Shown here one piece after another: positions 25,342 through 34,993 of a stretch of DNA of 64,000 nucleotides (the first letter of the stretch is position 1; each line of letters opens with the position of its first letter). The notes beneath the pieces were generated by a model, which made no database searches, was not told where the DNA came from, and was given only the letters and a program-made list of their open reading frames with translations. A program made the position numbers and the translations under genes. This DNA is from a virus, in the IMG/VR virus record IMGVR_UViG_3300044971_004534, one strand, 5' to 3'.

Positions 25342-25689
25342 TCAAAAAGCCATCTTACGCATTTGCTCTATAAGAGCTGGCCCAGATGCCAAAGTTTTAA
25401 CGTATACATTCTTTTGATTGCTGTTATTTTGGAAAAAATTAACTGCTTCTAATAAGGCATTTCTTAAAGTAGATATTGCTTCTATGTTTTCTTTATTTTC
25501 AGATTCTTCTAAAAAACACAGCCATGGATTATTATAGGTTTTTGGAGTACCGCCACTAAATTGCTTATCAGCAGATAGCCTTTTTCCAGAGCTATTTAGT
25601 GTATCAATCAACTTTCTGCATTCTTCTGCAATGCTTTTTAATTGATTTTCTGATACCTTTTTAAAATTATTAGAAACAATCTTGATCAT
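25342..25689 (-). CDS. hypothetical protein
   Basis: 115-aa ORF upstream of, and co-oriented with, the GT25 gene. Confidence 0.55.
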   Translation of the reverse strand: MIKIVSNNFKKVSENQLKSIAEECRKLIDTLNSSGKRLSADKQFSGGTPKTYNNPWLCFLEESENKENIEAISTLRNALLEAVNFFQNNSNQKNVYVKTLASGPALIEQMRKMAF

Positions 25690-25708
25690 AACTTGATTTT
25701 ACCCACAT

Positions 25709-26326
25709 TTATCTAATATTCCTATAATCCTTAAATGTATTTTCTATGTCAGAGTGATCTGCTCTTTGCCATGCTAGGTGTGGTCTAAATCCATAGCATG
25801 GCATATGTTTTTGCAAAAATGCCAAATGAAGATCTGCTGGTTTTGTAAATATTACATTATCGCTAAATCTTTCCATAATTTTTTCTAATGCCGTTCTTTT
25901 AATTGCATAACAATGAGTTGTATATGTTTTTCTTAACTTATGGACATGCCTATTTATCATCATTATTGGATTATGCCTATGACTGCCTCCAAAATATAGC
26001 ATTTGCCAATCCTTTGGCACCATTGGGTAGTATTCTTGAAATCTTTTTCCTAAGTTTCTGTCAAATTCTACATCATCTTCCATAATCAAAGCTGTTTTTA
26101 TTGTTTTGTCTGCTAGGATCATCTCAAATACCTTGCGGTGCGACATGCAGCATCCAGCTGCCCCAGGCTTTAACTCCCCTATGTTTGTAAGGGTGCTTCC
26201 ATCAATTGCGTCTACAAATTGAACGTTTAATTGAAATTCAGAAAATATCTGTTCACATCTTGCCCTTCTGTCTTGTCTTCTTGGCAAGTTTATGCAATAC
26301 ATTTTATTAAAATCTCTTAATAACAT
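25709..26326 (-). CDS. glycosyltransferase family 25 (LOS/LPS beta-1,4-galactosyltransferase-like)
   Basis: YCINLPRRQDRR...VDAIDGS and IMEDDVEF motifs. Close paralogue of 45539..46153. Confidence 0.75.
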   Translation of the reverse strand: MLLRDFNKMYCINLPRRQDRRARCEQIFSEFQLNVQFVDAIDGSTLTNIGELKPGAAGCCMSHRKVFEMILADKTIKTALIMEDDVEFDRNLGKRFQEYYPMVPKDWQMLYFGGSHRHNPIMMINRHVHKLRKTYTTHCYAIKRTALEKIMERFSDNVIFTKPADLHLAFLQKHMPCYGFRPHLAWQRADHSDIENTFKDYRNIR

Positions 26327-26359
26327 ATAATTATTTTGTCGAAAAAATACAATATTACC

Positions 26360-27103
26360 ATGACTAAATATTTAATTAATTATGCAGCTAAGGGAACTAA
26401 TTGTTCTGCAAACCACCCAAATGGCGGTTATTTTAACGCACAAATATTAAACAGTAAAACTGGCAAGGAAGTTGCTGGATTTGATCACGTAATAAGTTAC
26501 GGGAAACATTCGTTGTCAACTGATTTTGTAAACAGGCACGAAAAACATTTCCAATACACCAGAGGCGCAGGATACTGGGCCTGGAAGCCTCAAATATGTC
26601 TAGATGCTTTAGATAAAATAAGTAATGGTGACATATTGATGTATTCTGATTCTGGATGTCATTTTGTTCACTCTATGAGCCCTGTTTTTGAAAGATTGGA
26701 AAATGCAAAAAGTAATGTTTTGTGTTTCAATATAGCTCAGATCGAAAAAGATTGGAACAAGAGAGATTGCTTCGTGAGTTTAAATTGTGATTCCCCAGAA
26801 TATACGGATACAAAACAAATTATGAGCACTTTCTTGCTATGCAAAAAAAACGATTTTGCTTATCATATAATTAATGAGTGGCAAAGGCTTGTGAGTGATT
26901 TTCATATGGTGTCCGATGAATTTTTATCTCCTAGTAAAACTCCTAATTATCCATCTTTTAAAGAGCATAGGCATGATCAGTCGCTATTGAGCTTAGTATG
27001 CAAAAAAAATTCGGTATCGATGATGGAAGATATCACTGAATGGGGAGATCCGCATTTGAGAGGCACTCCTCAGATTGTAGCCCATACAAGAAGGACGGAT
27101 TAA
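26360..27103 (+). CDS. hypothetical island protein (possible glycan-modifying enzyme)
   Basis: GYWAWKPQ and MYSDSGCHF blocks. The family is not securely recognised. ATG 26360 is preferred over TTG 26336. Confidence 0.45.
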   Translation: MTKYLINYAAKGTNCSANHPNGGYFNAQILNSKTGKEVAGFDHVISYGKHSLSTDFVNRHEKHFQYTRGAGYWAWKPQICLDALDKISNGDILMYSDSGCHFVHSMSPVFERLENAKSNVLCFNIAQIEKDWNKRDCFVSLNCDSPEYTDTKQIMSTFLLCKKNDFAYHIINEWQRLVSDFHMVSDEFLSPSKTPNYPSFKEHRHDQSLLSLVCKKNSVSMMEDITEWGDPHLRGTPQIVAHTRRTD

Positions 27104-27871
27104 ATGAAAATTGATAAGGTCATACATGCTTCAGACGACAAAGCTTTTTATTTAGATTTTTGGCCCATAGTTTCTAAAATATGGAAGAAAAAGTTCCAAG
27201 TTGAACCAGTTCTTTTGTATTTTGGTAATGGAAATCCGTCTACAGAATTTGGCACAGTTATTAAAATGCCTATTATCCCAGGTGTTCCAGTAAATACTCA
27301 GTGTCAAATATCTCGTTACTGGATTCCTTCAACCGATCTTGACGCAACTTGGATGACATCGGATATTGATATGTTGCCAATATCAAGACATTATTTTCTA
27401 GGATGGCCTTTAGATGTTCCTGATGACAAGTGGCTTCATCTTAATGCGGACCCAGGAGAGCACCACCCCAATATTGTTTATCTATGCTGCTACAACGTAG
27501 CCAAAGGAAGAACTTTTAAGGAAATTTTAGAATTGCCAGAAAGTTTTGAAGAATTTGTAAAAAAAGAATTCTGGAAAGAAAATAGTCACAATTATACTCC
27601 AAATGGTCTTTCGCATGCCTTGCCTCATTGGGGAGCAGATGAGATGTGGTCTAGTAGAATGTTAAATAGATTTTTAGATCAATCAAGAATAGTTCGTCAA
27701 TTTAGAGATTGTGGGCCTCACGGATGCCATAGAATTGATCGATTGAACTGGGAATGGGATGAATCAAAAGTAATCTCCGAAGATTACTATGATTGTCATG
27801 CAATTAGGCCATATTCAAAACATAAAGACTCAATTGACAAGCTAACTAACCTAATACTTAAAAATGTTTAA
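27104..27871 (+). CDS. hypothetical island protein with DxD-like motif (SDIDMLP)
   Basis: 255-aa ORF that starts directly after the upstream stop. Confidence 0.45.
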   Translation: MKIDKVIHASDDKAFYLDFWPIVSKIWKKKFQVEPVLLYFGNGNPSTEFGTVIKMPIIPGVPVNTQCQISRYWIPSTDLDATWMTSDIDMLPISRHYFLGWPLDVPDDKWLHLNADPGEHHPNIVYLCCYNVAKGRTFKEILELPESFEEFVKKEFWKENSHNYTPNGLSHALPHWGADEMWSSRMLNRFLDQSRIVRQFRDCGPHGCHRIDRLNWEWDESKVISEDYYDCHAIRPYSKHKDSIDKLTNLILKNV

Positions 27872-28616
27872 TTTTTCTATAGAATATAATGACCTTGTTT
27901 GGGGTGATAGGTTTTCAAGCATCCCAGGAGTAAAGTTTTTAAAAATTGATGATGCTCTTAATTTTATCAAAAACAACAGCTCAAAAATCAATATAGTAAC
28001 TCATAATGGAGACATAGCGGTGGATGAAAAGTTTACACCATATGCTAACAAGTTTCCAAAATGGTATGGTCAAAATATTGTTACCGGATCTCCAAAATTT
28101 TCTCCAATTCCGATAGGATTAGAGAATGACTATGTTGCGAACTCGGTTGAAAAAAAGCACATGCTTGTTAGACTTTCTAATGAGCGTAGCTATATAATGC
28201 CTAGTAAAATGCTTTATATAAATCACAACATAGGAACAAATCCAGGCGAAAGAAATAAACCATATCATTTATTTGCTACCAGTAATTGGTCTACTGTTGA
28301 GCATAGTGGTGGATTCAGCTATCAAGAGCATTATTACTCCAAAATATTGGATCATTTTTTTATGCTTAGTCCACCAGGAAACGGCATAGATTGTCACAGA
28401 ACTTGGGAGATATTATATCTTAAAAGAATTCCCATACTAAAAAGAGTTGGAAGACTAGAAGAGCTTTATTCTGGACTTCCGGTAGTGTTTATTGATAATT
28501 ACGAAGAAATATCTGAAGAATTTTTACGTAATAAGTATGATGAAATTTTTAACAAACCATTTAATTTTAATAAACTAAAATTTACATATTGGCAAAACTT
28601 AATAGAGCATTCATAA
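27864..28616 (+). CDS. exostosin (GT47)-like glycosyltransferase
   Basis: FMLSPPGNGIDCHRTWEILYLKRIPI resembles the exostosin C-terminal motif. Confidence 0.45.
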   Translation: MFNFSIEYNDLVWGDRFSSIPGVKFLKIDDALNFIKNNSSKINIVTHNGDIAVDEKFTPYANKFPKWYGQNIVTGSPKFSPIPIGLENDYVANSVEKKHMLVRLSNERSYIMPSKMLYINHNIGTNPGERNKPYHLFATSNWSTVEHSGGFSYQEHYYSKILDHFFMLSPPGNGIDCHRTWEILYLKRIPILKRVGRLEELYSGLPVVFIDNYEEISEEFLRNKYDEIFNKPFNFNKLKFTYWQNLIEHS

Positions 28617-29245
28617 TGAGAATACAATCATATCAGGACATGCTTGAGAATTGGTCTATTAGCAGATATGGTCCCGGCTTTCACGGAGACTTAAGAATGA
28701 TAGAGTGCGTTCATGATATTATAAAATCATGTGATTATTTTATAGAAACAGGTACTAATTTAGGAAATACTCTTTTTTTTGTGTCTCGTAATTTTGATAT
28801 ATTTTGTTACTCTTGCGAGATCTCAGATGCCACTCCAGAGTATGTAAAATACAAAGATAATGTGTGCTTTAGAAAAGAAACATCTCCTCAATTTTTAATG
28901 AATATCGTTAATGAAAACCCTGAAATAGTAGAAAAAAAATGCTTTTTTTATTTAGATGCTCATAGCGATACCCAGTCTGTTTGGCAGGAAGAAATAAAAT
29001 TTATTCTACAATCATTTAAAAATTTTTGTATTATAATAGACGACTTTAATATTAATAATATTTTATTTTCTCATAATGGCTACAGTACAAAAGAATTATT
29101 TAGCATTACTAGCAATGCAAGAGTCAAAGTTTATTCGCCTTCATATAGTGAGTCAACTTCTAATTTTCATTCGCTAACAGGTTGGGTTTTGGTTACTAAT
29201 AGAAATGATTTAAAATTTATAAATGTGAAAGAAATAAATGAATAG
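28616..29245 (+). CDS. possible CmcI/class I methyltransferase-like protein
   Basis: FIETGTNLGNT and FYLDAHSDT blocks. TAATG overlap with the upstream gene. Confidence 0.4.
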   Translation: MRIQSYQDMLENWSISRYGPGFHGDLRMIECVHDIIKSCDYFIETGTNLGNTLFFVSRNFDIFCYSCEISDATPEYVKYKDNVCFRKETSPQFLMNIVNENPEIVEKKCFFYLDAHSDTQSVWQEEIKFILQSFKNFCIIIDDFNINNILFSHNGYSTKELFSITSNARVKVYSPSYSESTSNFHSLTGWVLVTNRNDLKFINVKEINE

Positions 29246-29816
29246 AAAAATATCAGAAAAAGAAAGTTTTGAATTTTGGTTTAATAACTCAGAGTTTGAT
29301 GAACATGATCAATTTGGATCAAAGTATTATGTTAATGATTTTTACAACAAGATAGTTTCTAAGCTAGATGTTCCCAAAGATGGACTTATAGTGGTTGCTG
29401 GAACTCATAAAGCGGTTTCTTTCAATATCCTGTGTGAAATGTTTGGTAGCGAGAGATGTGTTGGTTTAGATTTATACAATCCTTCAGGGCATGATAGGGT
29501 TCTCATTAAGGACTGCTTATCGCTATCTGACTCTGATGATATACCCATAGCATTCGCGCATAACGATGTTGGCAGTCTTTCTCACACCCCAGATGTGAAG
29601 ATACATACTCACAGGTGGCTAACAAAAAATATCGTTCGAGGTGGATACTTAATGGGTAACAATAATTTAAATAGAGCAAAATTTAAATTTGAAGAATATA
29701 TGATTGATAATGGATTTAATAATACTAATTTTTCAGATTTAGATGCAAGCATATTCGATGTATCTTCTTTCCCAAAAGAAAGAATAGAAGGATACATGCT
29801 CTCAAGGAAGAGATAA
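29238..29816 (+). CDS. hypothetical protein, weak Rossmann/methyltransferase-like
   Basis: LIVVAGTHKAVSF...CVGLDLYNP. ATGAATAG overlap with the upstream gene. Confidence 0.35.
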   Translation: MNRKISEKESFEFWFNNSEFDEHDQFGSKYYVNDFYNKIVSKLDVPKDGLIVVAGTHKAVSFNILCEMFGSERCVGLDLYNPSGHDRVLIKDCLSLSDSDDIPIAFAHNDVGSLSHTPDVKIHTHRWLTKNIVRGGYLMGNNNLNRAKFKFEEYMIDNGFNNTNFSDLDASIFDVSSFPKERIEGYMLSRKR

Positions 29817-29818
29817 AT

Positions 29819-30454
29819 ATGAATGATACAAATTTCGACACCTCTTTTACTCAGCTTGTTTCTTATCCTCGAACTGGTAGTCATTATGTAAGAATAGTTA
29901 TTGAGGATTGTACAGGGTCTCCATGTGCTCCAACTTCTTTTCTAGGAAATGAAGGCGTAAAGCCATGGGGTTTTCATCTTCATGATAGAATTGTTGGTAA
30001 AGGAGATGAGGGTGTGGTGTCTGGATTTGACAAAGTTATCTATTTGTATAGAAACCCGGTTGACACCATCTTTTCGCACATTAAATATCAAGGTACGGAA
30101 GATTGGATTTCAATAGCTAGCGAATATAAAATGCATTTGCTAAGATGGTTGCACAACCACTCTGACTGTAAAAGTGTTTTAGTTAAAAATTATGATGACA
30201 TATTAAGAAATCCAGTTCGTCACTTTAATGATATTCTTAATTATATTAATTTTGAAGTAGACAAGAATAGACTGTCAACGGCCATAGGAAGAACAACAAT
30301 TGGCAGAGTAAAGGCGTTAACGGACAAGATTGACAACAAAGTAGTCAGCGATAGTCATTTTGACGGAAAATACGTGATAGACAAATCTGTTTTTATTTCA
30401 AATCATGGTGAAGAAATACATAAAATGTTTGATGGAATTTATACTTATGAGTGA
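29819..30454 (+). CDS. sulfotransferase
   Basis: 5'-PSB-like SYPRTGSHYVR and KVIYLYRNPVDTIFSH (the RNP.D..S block of PAPS-dependent sulfotransferases). Confidence 0.7.
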   Translation: MNDTNFDTSFTQLVSYPRTGSHYVRIVIEDCTGSPCAPTSFLGNEGVKPWGFHLHDRIVGKGDEGVVSGFDKVIYLYRNPVDTIFSHIKYQGTEDWISIASEYKMHLLRWLHNHSDCKSVLVKNYDDILRNPVRHFNDILNYINFEVDKNRLSTAIGRTTIGRVKALTDKIDNKVVSDSHFDGKYVIDKSVFISNHGEEIHKMFDGIYTYE

Positions 30455-31388
30455 ATATAAAATAATAAATTTTATTGACGAAAATATCAGTCATGCTAAA
30501 ACCTGGAAACACGGCAGCATTATGTGCGGCTGTCGTGTTGGCGAAGAAAATATTGGCAAATATTACACTCCCCCAAAAAATATATGGGTAAAAAAGCAAA
30601 AAAGATTTCATAAAAATGAAATAGACAGCGGAATATCAGTTTTTACCGATCAGACATTTTGCACAGTAAAGAATTATGAATCAGATTTTAAAGTTGCTTT
30701 AATATTAGAGCCTCCTATAGAAGCAAGAGGCGCTTATGAAAAAATATTAGACTATGAAAACGACTTTGATTTTATTTTTACTTTTGAAAAACGATTGCTT
30801 GAGCGAAACAGTGAGAAGTATAAGTTTATGCCCGCAGACTTTGTGACACTACAAGACGAAGTACACAGTATAAAAGAGAAAAATAAGCATTTATCCATGG
30901 TGTATTCTGGAATGCGTGGTCATAATAGGGATCTTAGACATGAAGTGGCAAACGTTTTTAAAAATAATATAGACCTTTATGGAAGCGGTAGCCCAAAAGG
31001 ACATCTAGATTTAAAGTCAGATAGTCTTGTTGACTACAGATTTTCTATAGTTATAGAAAATTCCACTCCATTTGATTACTATTTTACAGAAAAAATACTA
31101 GATTGTTTTATTGTTGGGAATATTCCAATATATAATGGAACTAAATCAATTGATAAATTTTTTGATAAACGTGGTTTTTTTACATGGTCATCATTAGAAG
31201 AGCTTAAATCTATTTTAGATAGATTGTCGGAAGAAGAATATTTAAAAATGCTACCTTTTATAAAAACCAATTATGAGCTAGCTAAAAAATATGTAAGTGC
31301 AGATGACGTTATGACAGAATTAATATATTCATGTTTTGAAAATCCGACGACAAATACTATGGAAAAATATATTTACCAATGGAGATAG
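30447..31388 (+). CDS. GT10-like (alpha-1,3/4-fucosyltransferase family) glycosyltransferase
   Basis: YRFSIVIENSTPFDYYFTEKILDCFIVGNIPIYNG matches the GT10 ENS...Y.TEK...P.Y signature. ATG 30447 overlaps the upstream stop by 8 nt. Confidence 0.7.
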   Translation: MSEYKIINFIDENISHAKTWKHGSIMCGCRVGEENIGKYYTPPKNIWVKKQKRFHKNEIDSGISVFTDQTFCTVKNYESDFKVALILEPPIEARGAYEKILDYENDFDFIFTFEKRLLERNSEKYKFMPADFVTLQDEVHSIKEKNKHLSMVYSGMRGHNRDLRHEVANVFKNNIDLYGSGSPKGHLDLKSDSLVDYRFSIVIENSTPFDYYFTEKILDCFIVGNIPIYNGTKSIDKFFDKRGFFTWSSLEELKSILDRLSEEEYLKMLPFIKTNYELAKKYVSADDVMTELIYSCFENPTTNTMEKYIYQWR

Positions 31389-31389
31389 T

Positions 31390-32094
31390 ATGAAAATTTT
31401 ATATTATGATACGCAAAAGTATCCATTCAGAGATTTATTGCAAACAGTTTATAGCACAGATTTAACTAGCTTAGATACTGATGATGCTAAAAAGAACTTA
31501 ACTTTAGGCAATGACACTAAAACTTCTTTACACAAAGAGTTCTATAAAAAAATAGATGCTGGTTGGCCTGAGTTTATGGACTTGTACAAATCTTTCATAT
31601 CAAACGTCATACATCCTATGTTTGAAGATGACATTTTGATATATCAAAAAACTCCTGGAATTAGATTTTGCAGACCTGGGGCTAAAGCTGTATATAAATG
31701 GCATTCTGATGGAGATAAGGATCACAAGCATCCTCTAGGAGAAGTAAATATATTTTTGCCGCTCACTAAATGTTTTGATACTAATTCTGTATGGTTTGAG
31801 ACAATACCTGGAATGGGCGATTGGCGTCCTTTAGACATTGATTACGGTCAATTTTATATAGGATATTGGAATCAATGCAGACACGGAAATAAAGAGAATT
31901 CAACAGGCAAGACTAGGGTAAGTTTTGATTTCAGGGTAATTCCAGGATTTGCATACGATGAAAATTGTGATTTACAAAGCTGTACTACAAAGCAGCGATT
32001 TATCGTTGGAAGCTATTATGAAAAAGTTACTCGAGAAAAAACTCCATCCATGTACGATCCTGTAGAAAACGCAAAACTTGGAGCAGCATGTTAG
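31390..32094 (+). CDS. 2OG-Fe(II) oxygenase-like protein
   Basis: H-x-D (WHSDGD) ... H (CRHGN) ... R-x-S (TRVSFDFR) triad pattern. GGAG upstream of ATG 31390. Confidence 0.45.
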   Translation: MKILYYDTQKYPFRDLLQTVYSTDLTSLDTDDAKKNLTLGNDTKTSLHKEFYKKIDAGWPEFMDLYKSFISNVIHPMFEDDILIYQKTPGIRFCRPGAKAVYKWHSDGDKDHKHPLGEVNIFLPLTKCFDTNSVWFETIPGMGDWRPLDIDYGQFYIGYWNQCRHGNKENSTGKTRVSFDFRVIPGFAYDENCDLQSCTTKQRFIVGSYYEKVTREKTPSMYDPVENAKLGAAC

Positions 32095-32771
32095 ACCCAA
32101 ATGATTATGAATCTTGGCTGCTTCGTCATACCATGGATCAGTATGATCTTAAAGATCCATGGGAGGTAGTTGAAACTTTTGAAAACATCATTGCCAGCTA
32201 CGCTGGTAGTAGATATGCAGTATCTGTTGACAATTGTACAGACGCTATGTTTTTGTGTCTTAAATATCTTAATGCAAATGGTATAATAGAAATACCAAAA
32301 AGAACATATGTTTCTGTGCCATGCACAATTATAAATGCAGGATGTCAGGTTAAATTCAGTGACATAAGCTGGAGTGGTGCATATCAGCTTTTGCCATATC
32401 CAGTTTATGATTCAGCTACTAGGATGAAGAGGGGTATGTACGTAGAGGATTCATATTATTGTTTATCTTTTCATAGGAGAAAGCATATTCCTATAGGTAA
32501 GGGCGGAATGATATTGACTAATGACAAAAAAGCCTACGAATGGTTTAAAGTAGTTAGATACGAAGGCAGGCATATGGATCGTCTATACAAAGATGATCAT
32601 TTTGATGCAATTGGATGGAATATGTACATGACTCCAGAGCAAGCTGCAAAAGGTATATTTTTGTTCGATAAACACGTAAAGGATGACAATCAAGATCTTG
32701 AGACATCTGGAATACACAAAGATCTTTCTTTGTACCCGATTTTTACAAAATCTAATGACCGAGGAACTTAA
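32088..32771 (+). CDS. DegT/DnrJ/EryC1-like PLP-dependent sugar aminotransferase/dehydratase, short form
   Basis: VDNCTDAMFLCL and SFHRRKHIPIGKGGMILTND (the SF..K....GG...T.D Lys block). Only 227 aa compared with about 370 for typical members. Confidence 0.5.
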   Translation: MLDPNDYESWLLRHTMDQYDLKDPWEVVETFENIIASYAGSRYAVSVDNCTDAMFLCLKYLNANGIIEIPKRTYVSVPCTIINAGCQVKFSDISWSGAYQLLPYPVYDSATRMKRGMYVEDSYYCLSFHRRKHIPIGKGGMILTNDKKAYEWFKVVRYEGRHMDRLYKDDHFDAIGWNMYMTPEQAAKGIFLFDKHVKDDNQDLETSGIHKDLSLYPIFTKSNDRGT

Positions 32772-32776
32772 GTGCT

Positions 32777-33526
32777 ATGTTTTCAAAAAAAGATGTAATA
32801 AAAAAAATATTATTAACTGCTAGTGCAAGCAAAGAAGGTCACATACCTAGTGCTCTCTCTATATTAGATTTGCTTTACGTCATATATAGAGATTATGTAT
32901 CTGTAGAAAAAGGTAGATTTGTTTTATCAAAAGGTCATGCGTCTATTGGCCTTTATGCAATACTTGATTATTTTAATATGCTTGAAGAAGATATTGGTAA
33001 TTTTTGCAAATTTGATTCCAAGCTTGGAGGCCATCCTTCATGTAGGCTAAAAAACGTAGAGTGCTCTACTGGTTCTCTTGGTCATGGTTTTCCTTTTGCG
33101 CTTGGCTTAGCAATGAGTCAAAAAATACAGGGCTCAAATAAGAAAATATTTACTATCATAGGAGATGGTGAGGCTAACGAGGGCACTATATGGGAAACTG
33201 CTTTGCTTGCCAGTCATCACAAGGTCGGCAATCTTTGCTGCATATTAGATCATAATCATTCTACAGACAGAGCTTTAGATATTGGAGACATGATTAAAAA
33301 ATTTAAATCATTTGGATGGATTTGCAGCAAAGTACATGGTCACGATCTTGTTAAGATATCAAAAGTTCTTGCAAAGTCAGATGTAGAAAAGCCACATTTC
33401 GTGCTAGCTCATACGATAAAAGGCAAGGGTATAAAATGTATGGAAAGCAATCCAGAGTGGCACCATAAGTCTCCAACTGCCAGCGACTGTGAGAATATAA
33501 TCAAGGAATTATATGACAGCATCTAA
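32777..33526 (+). CDS. transketolase, N-terminal (ThDP pyrophosphate-binding) subunit
   Basis: GHIPSALSILDLL, GSLGHGFPFALGLA and IIGDGEANEGTIWE motifs. Confidence 0.85.
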   Translation: MFSKKDVIKKILLTASASKEGHIPSALSILDLLYVIYRDYVSVEKGRFVLSKGHASIGLYAILDYFNMLEEDIGNFCKFDSKLGGHPSCRLKNVECSTGSLGHGFPFALGLAMSQKIQGSNKKIFTIIGDGEANEGTIWETALLASHHKVGNLCCILDHNHSTDRALDIGDMIKKFKSFGWICSKVHGHDLVKISKVLAKSDVEKPHFVLAHTIKGKGIKCMESNPEWHHKSPTASDCENIIKELYDSI

Positions 33527-34358
33527 AAGCTTAATTATTAATACCAGAGAATATGGAATGTTCTCTAGTTTGTTTCAAATTATAGATAATCTAAAATTCT
33601 GTGAAATGAACAACATGAAACCAATATTGAATATTGGTGAAAAGTTTCTTTACCGCGATGGGCCGGAAAATCCATGGACTCATTATTTTAAGCCCATCAA
33701 TGACGGCAAGCCCGAGGGCGAAGTGTTTGAGGTTTCTCAGCTTACCACTACTGCTAACTTCTTTTTAGAAAACTATATAATGGCTCAGCCTTCGATTCAT
33801 GATTACCGATTAAAACTCTGGAACATGATAGCGGACAGAGACGATCTTCTTGCGCATCGTCAAGAAATAAAGTCGATGCTAGATAAGTACGTAAAACCAC
33901 TGCCAGTTATAACTGAAGAAGTGCAAAAATTTGCCAAAAAGAATTTTAAAGGTAACAGTGTATTGTCTGTTCACATAAGAAGTACAGATTATAAATTTGT
34001 CAACTTACCTTTGCTTATAGATAGAATTGATAAGATACAAAAGCAGAACAATTATAAGAAAATATTTGTTGCTTCTGATAGCTTAGAGGCAATTATGGGA
34101 ATTTATAATGCTTTTCCTAATGTGTGTTATTACGAAACAGGTCTAAGGTGTGAAAAGATTGATTCTCCAAAGCCTTTGTGTCATATTGTTTTTGGTCAAG
34201 ATAAAATAAAGCACGGGAGAGATGCTATCATAGAGTGCTTGCTTCTCTCTAAAGGAAAAGAGATAGTTTGTATCAACTCAAATGTTGCTGGTATGGCATG
34301 TTATTTAAATCCACAAATGAAAATACACTTAATGTGGAGGCAAATTCATGGGGGATAA
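33513..34358 (+). CDS. fucosyltransferase-like protein (GT11/GT23/O-FucT superfamily)
   Basis: LSVHIRSTDYKF (HxRxxD) and KIFVASDS blocks. Confidence 0.4.
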   Translation: MTASKSLIINTREYGMFSSLFQIIDNLKFCEMNNMKPILNIGEKFLYRDGPENPWTHYFKPINDGKPEGEVFEVSQLTTTANFFLENYIMAQPSIHDYRLKLWNMIADRDDLLAHRQEIKSMLDKYVKPLPVITEEVQKFAKKNFKGNSVLSVHIRSTDYKFVNLPLLIDRIDKIQKQNNYKKIFVASDSLEAIMGIYNAFPNVCYYETGLRCEKIDSPKPLCHIVFGQDKIKHGRDAIIECLLLSKGKEIVCINSNVAGMACYLNPQMKIHLMWRQIHGG

Positions 34359-34992
34359 AATGGAAGCAATTGAAATATCTGAAATTATTGATAATTTAAA
34401 ACAAAAAAGAGGATCGTTTCATTCATCTCCATGTCAGACTGATGAAGAGTTTTTAGTCATTGCTGACATAGTGCAAAAGTGTAATCATTTGCATGGAGAG
34501 TTTGCCGAAATAGGAGCCTACGAAGGTTTTACTAGTGAATTTATTTTGCGTTTAAAAAACAAAGACAAGGCCATATTTTTATGTGACACTTTCGAAGGAC
34601 TTGCAGATGTTGGCGATGAAGATAAGTCATTGTGCATTCCTAATGGACTTTTAAGGGTAGACTTTCAGCGATTTAATTCTACAAATGATTTTTGCAATAA
34701 CCAAAATGTTTTTATTATTAAAGGTTACTTCCCAGAATCAGCAACAGAAGAAATGAATCGGTCTAGATATGCTTTTGTTCACATAGATACAGACACATAT
34801 TTATCAACTTTAAAAAGCCTAGAATACTTCTATCCGAAAATGGTAAATGGAGGTATTATAATAGTTCATGATTACAGAAATCATACGGGAACATTGGGGG
34901 TAAAAAAAGCAGTAGATAGCTTTATGATCGATAAAGAAGATGCTCTTTCAACTAGAGGTGATACAACTCAAGGAATTATTACGAAGATATAA
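34348..34992 (+). CDS. TylF/macrocin-type O-methyltransferase
   Basis: FAEIGAYEGFTS and FVHIDTDTYLSTLKSLEYFYPKMVNGGIIIVHDY. Confidence 0.6.
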   Translation: MGDKMEAIEISEIIDNLKQKRGSFHSSPCQTDEEFLVIADIVQKCNHLHGEFAEIGAYEGFTSEFILRLKNKDKAIFLCDTFEGLADVGDEDKSLCIPNGLLRVDFQRFNSTNDFCNNQNVFIIKGYFPESATEEMNRSRYAFVHIDTDTYLSTLKSLEYFYPKMVNGGIIIVHDYRNHTGTLGVKKAVDSFMIDKEDALSTRGDTTQGIITKI

Positions 34993-34993
34993 T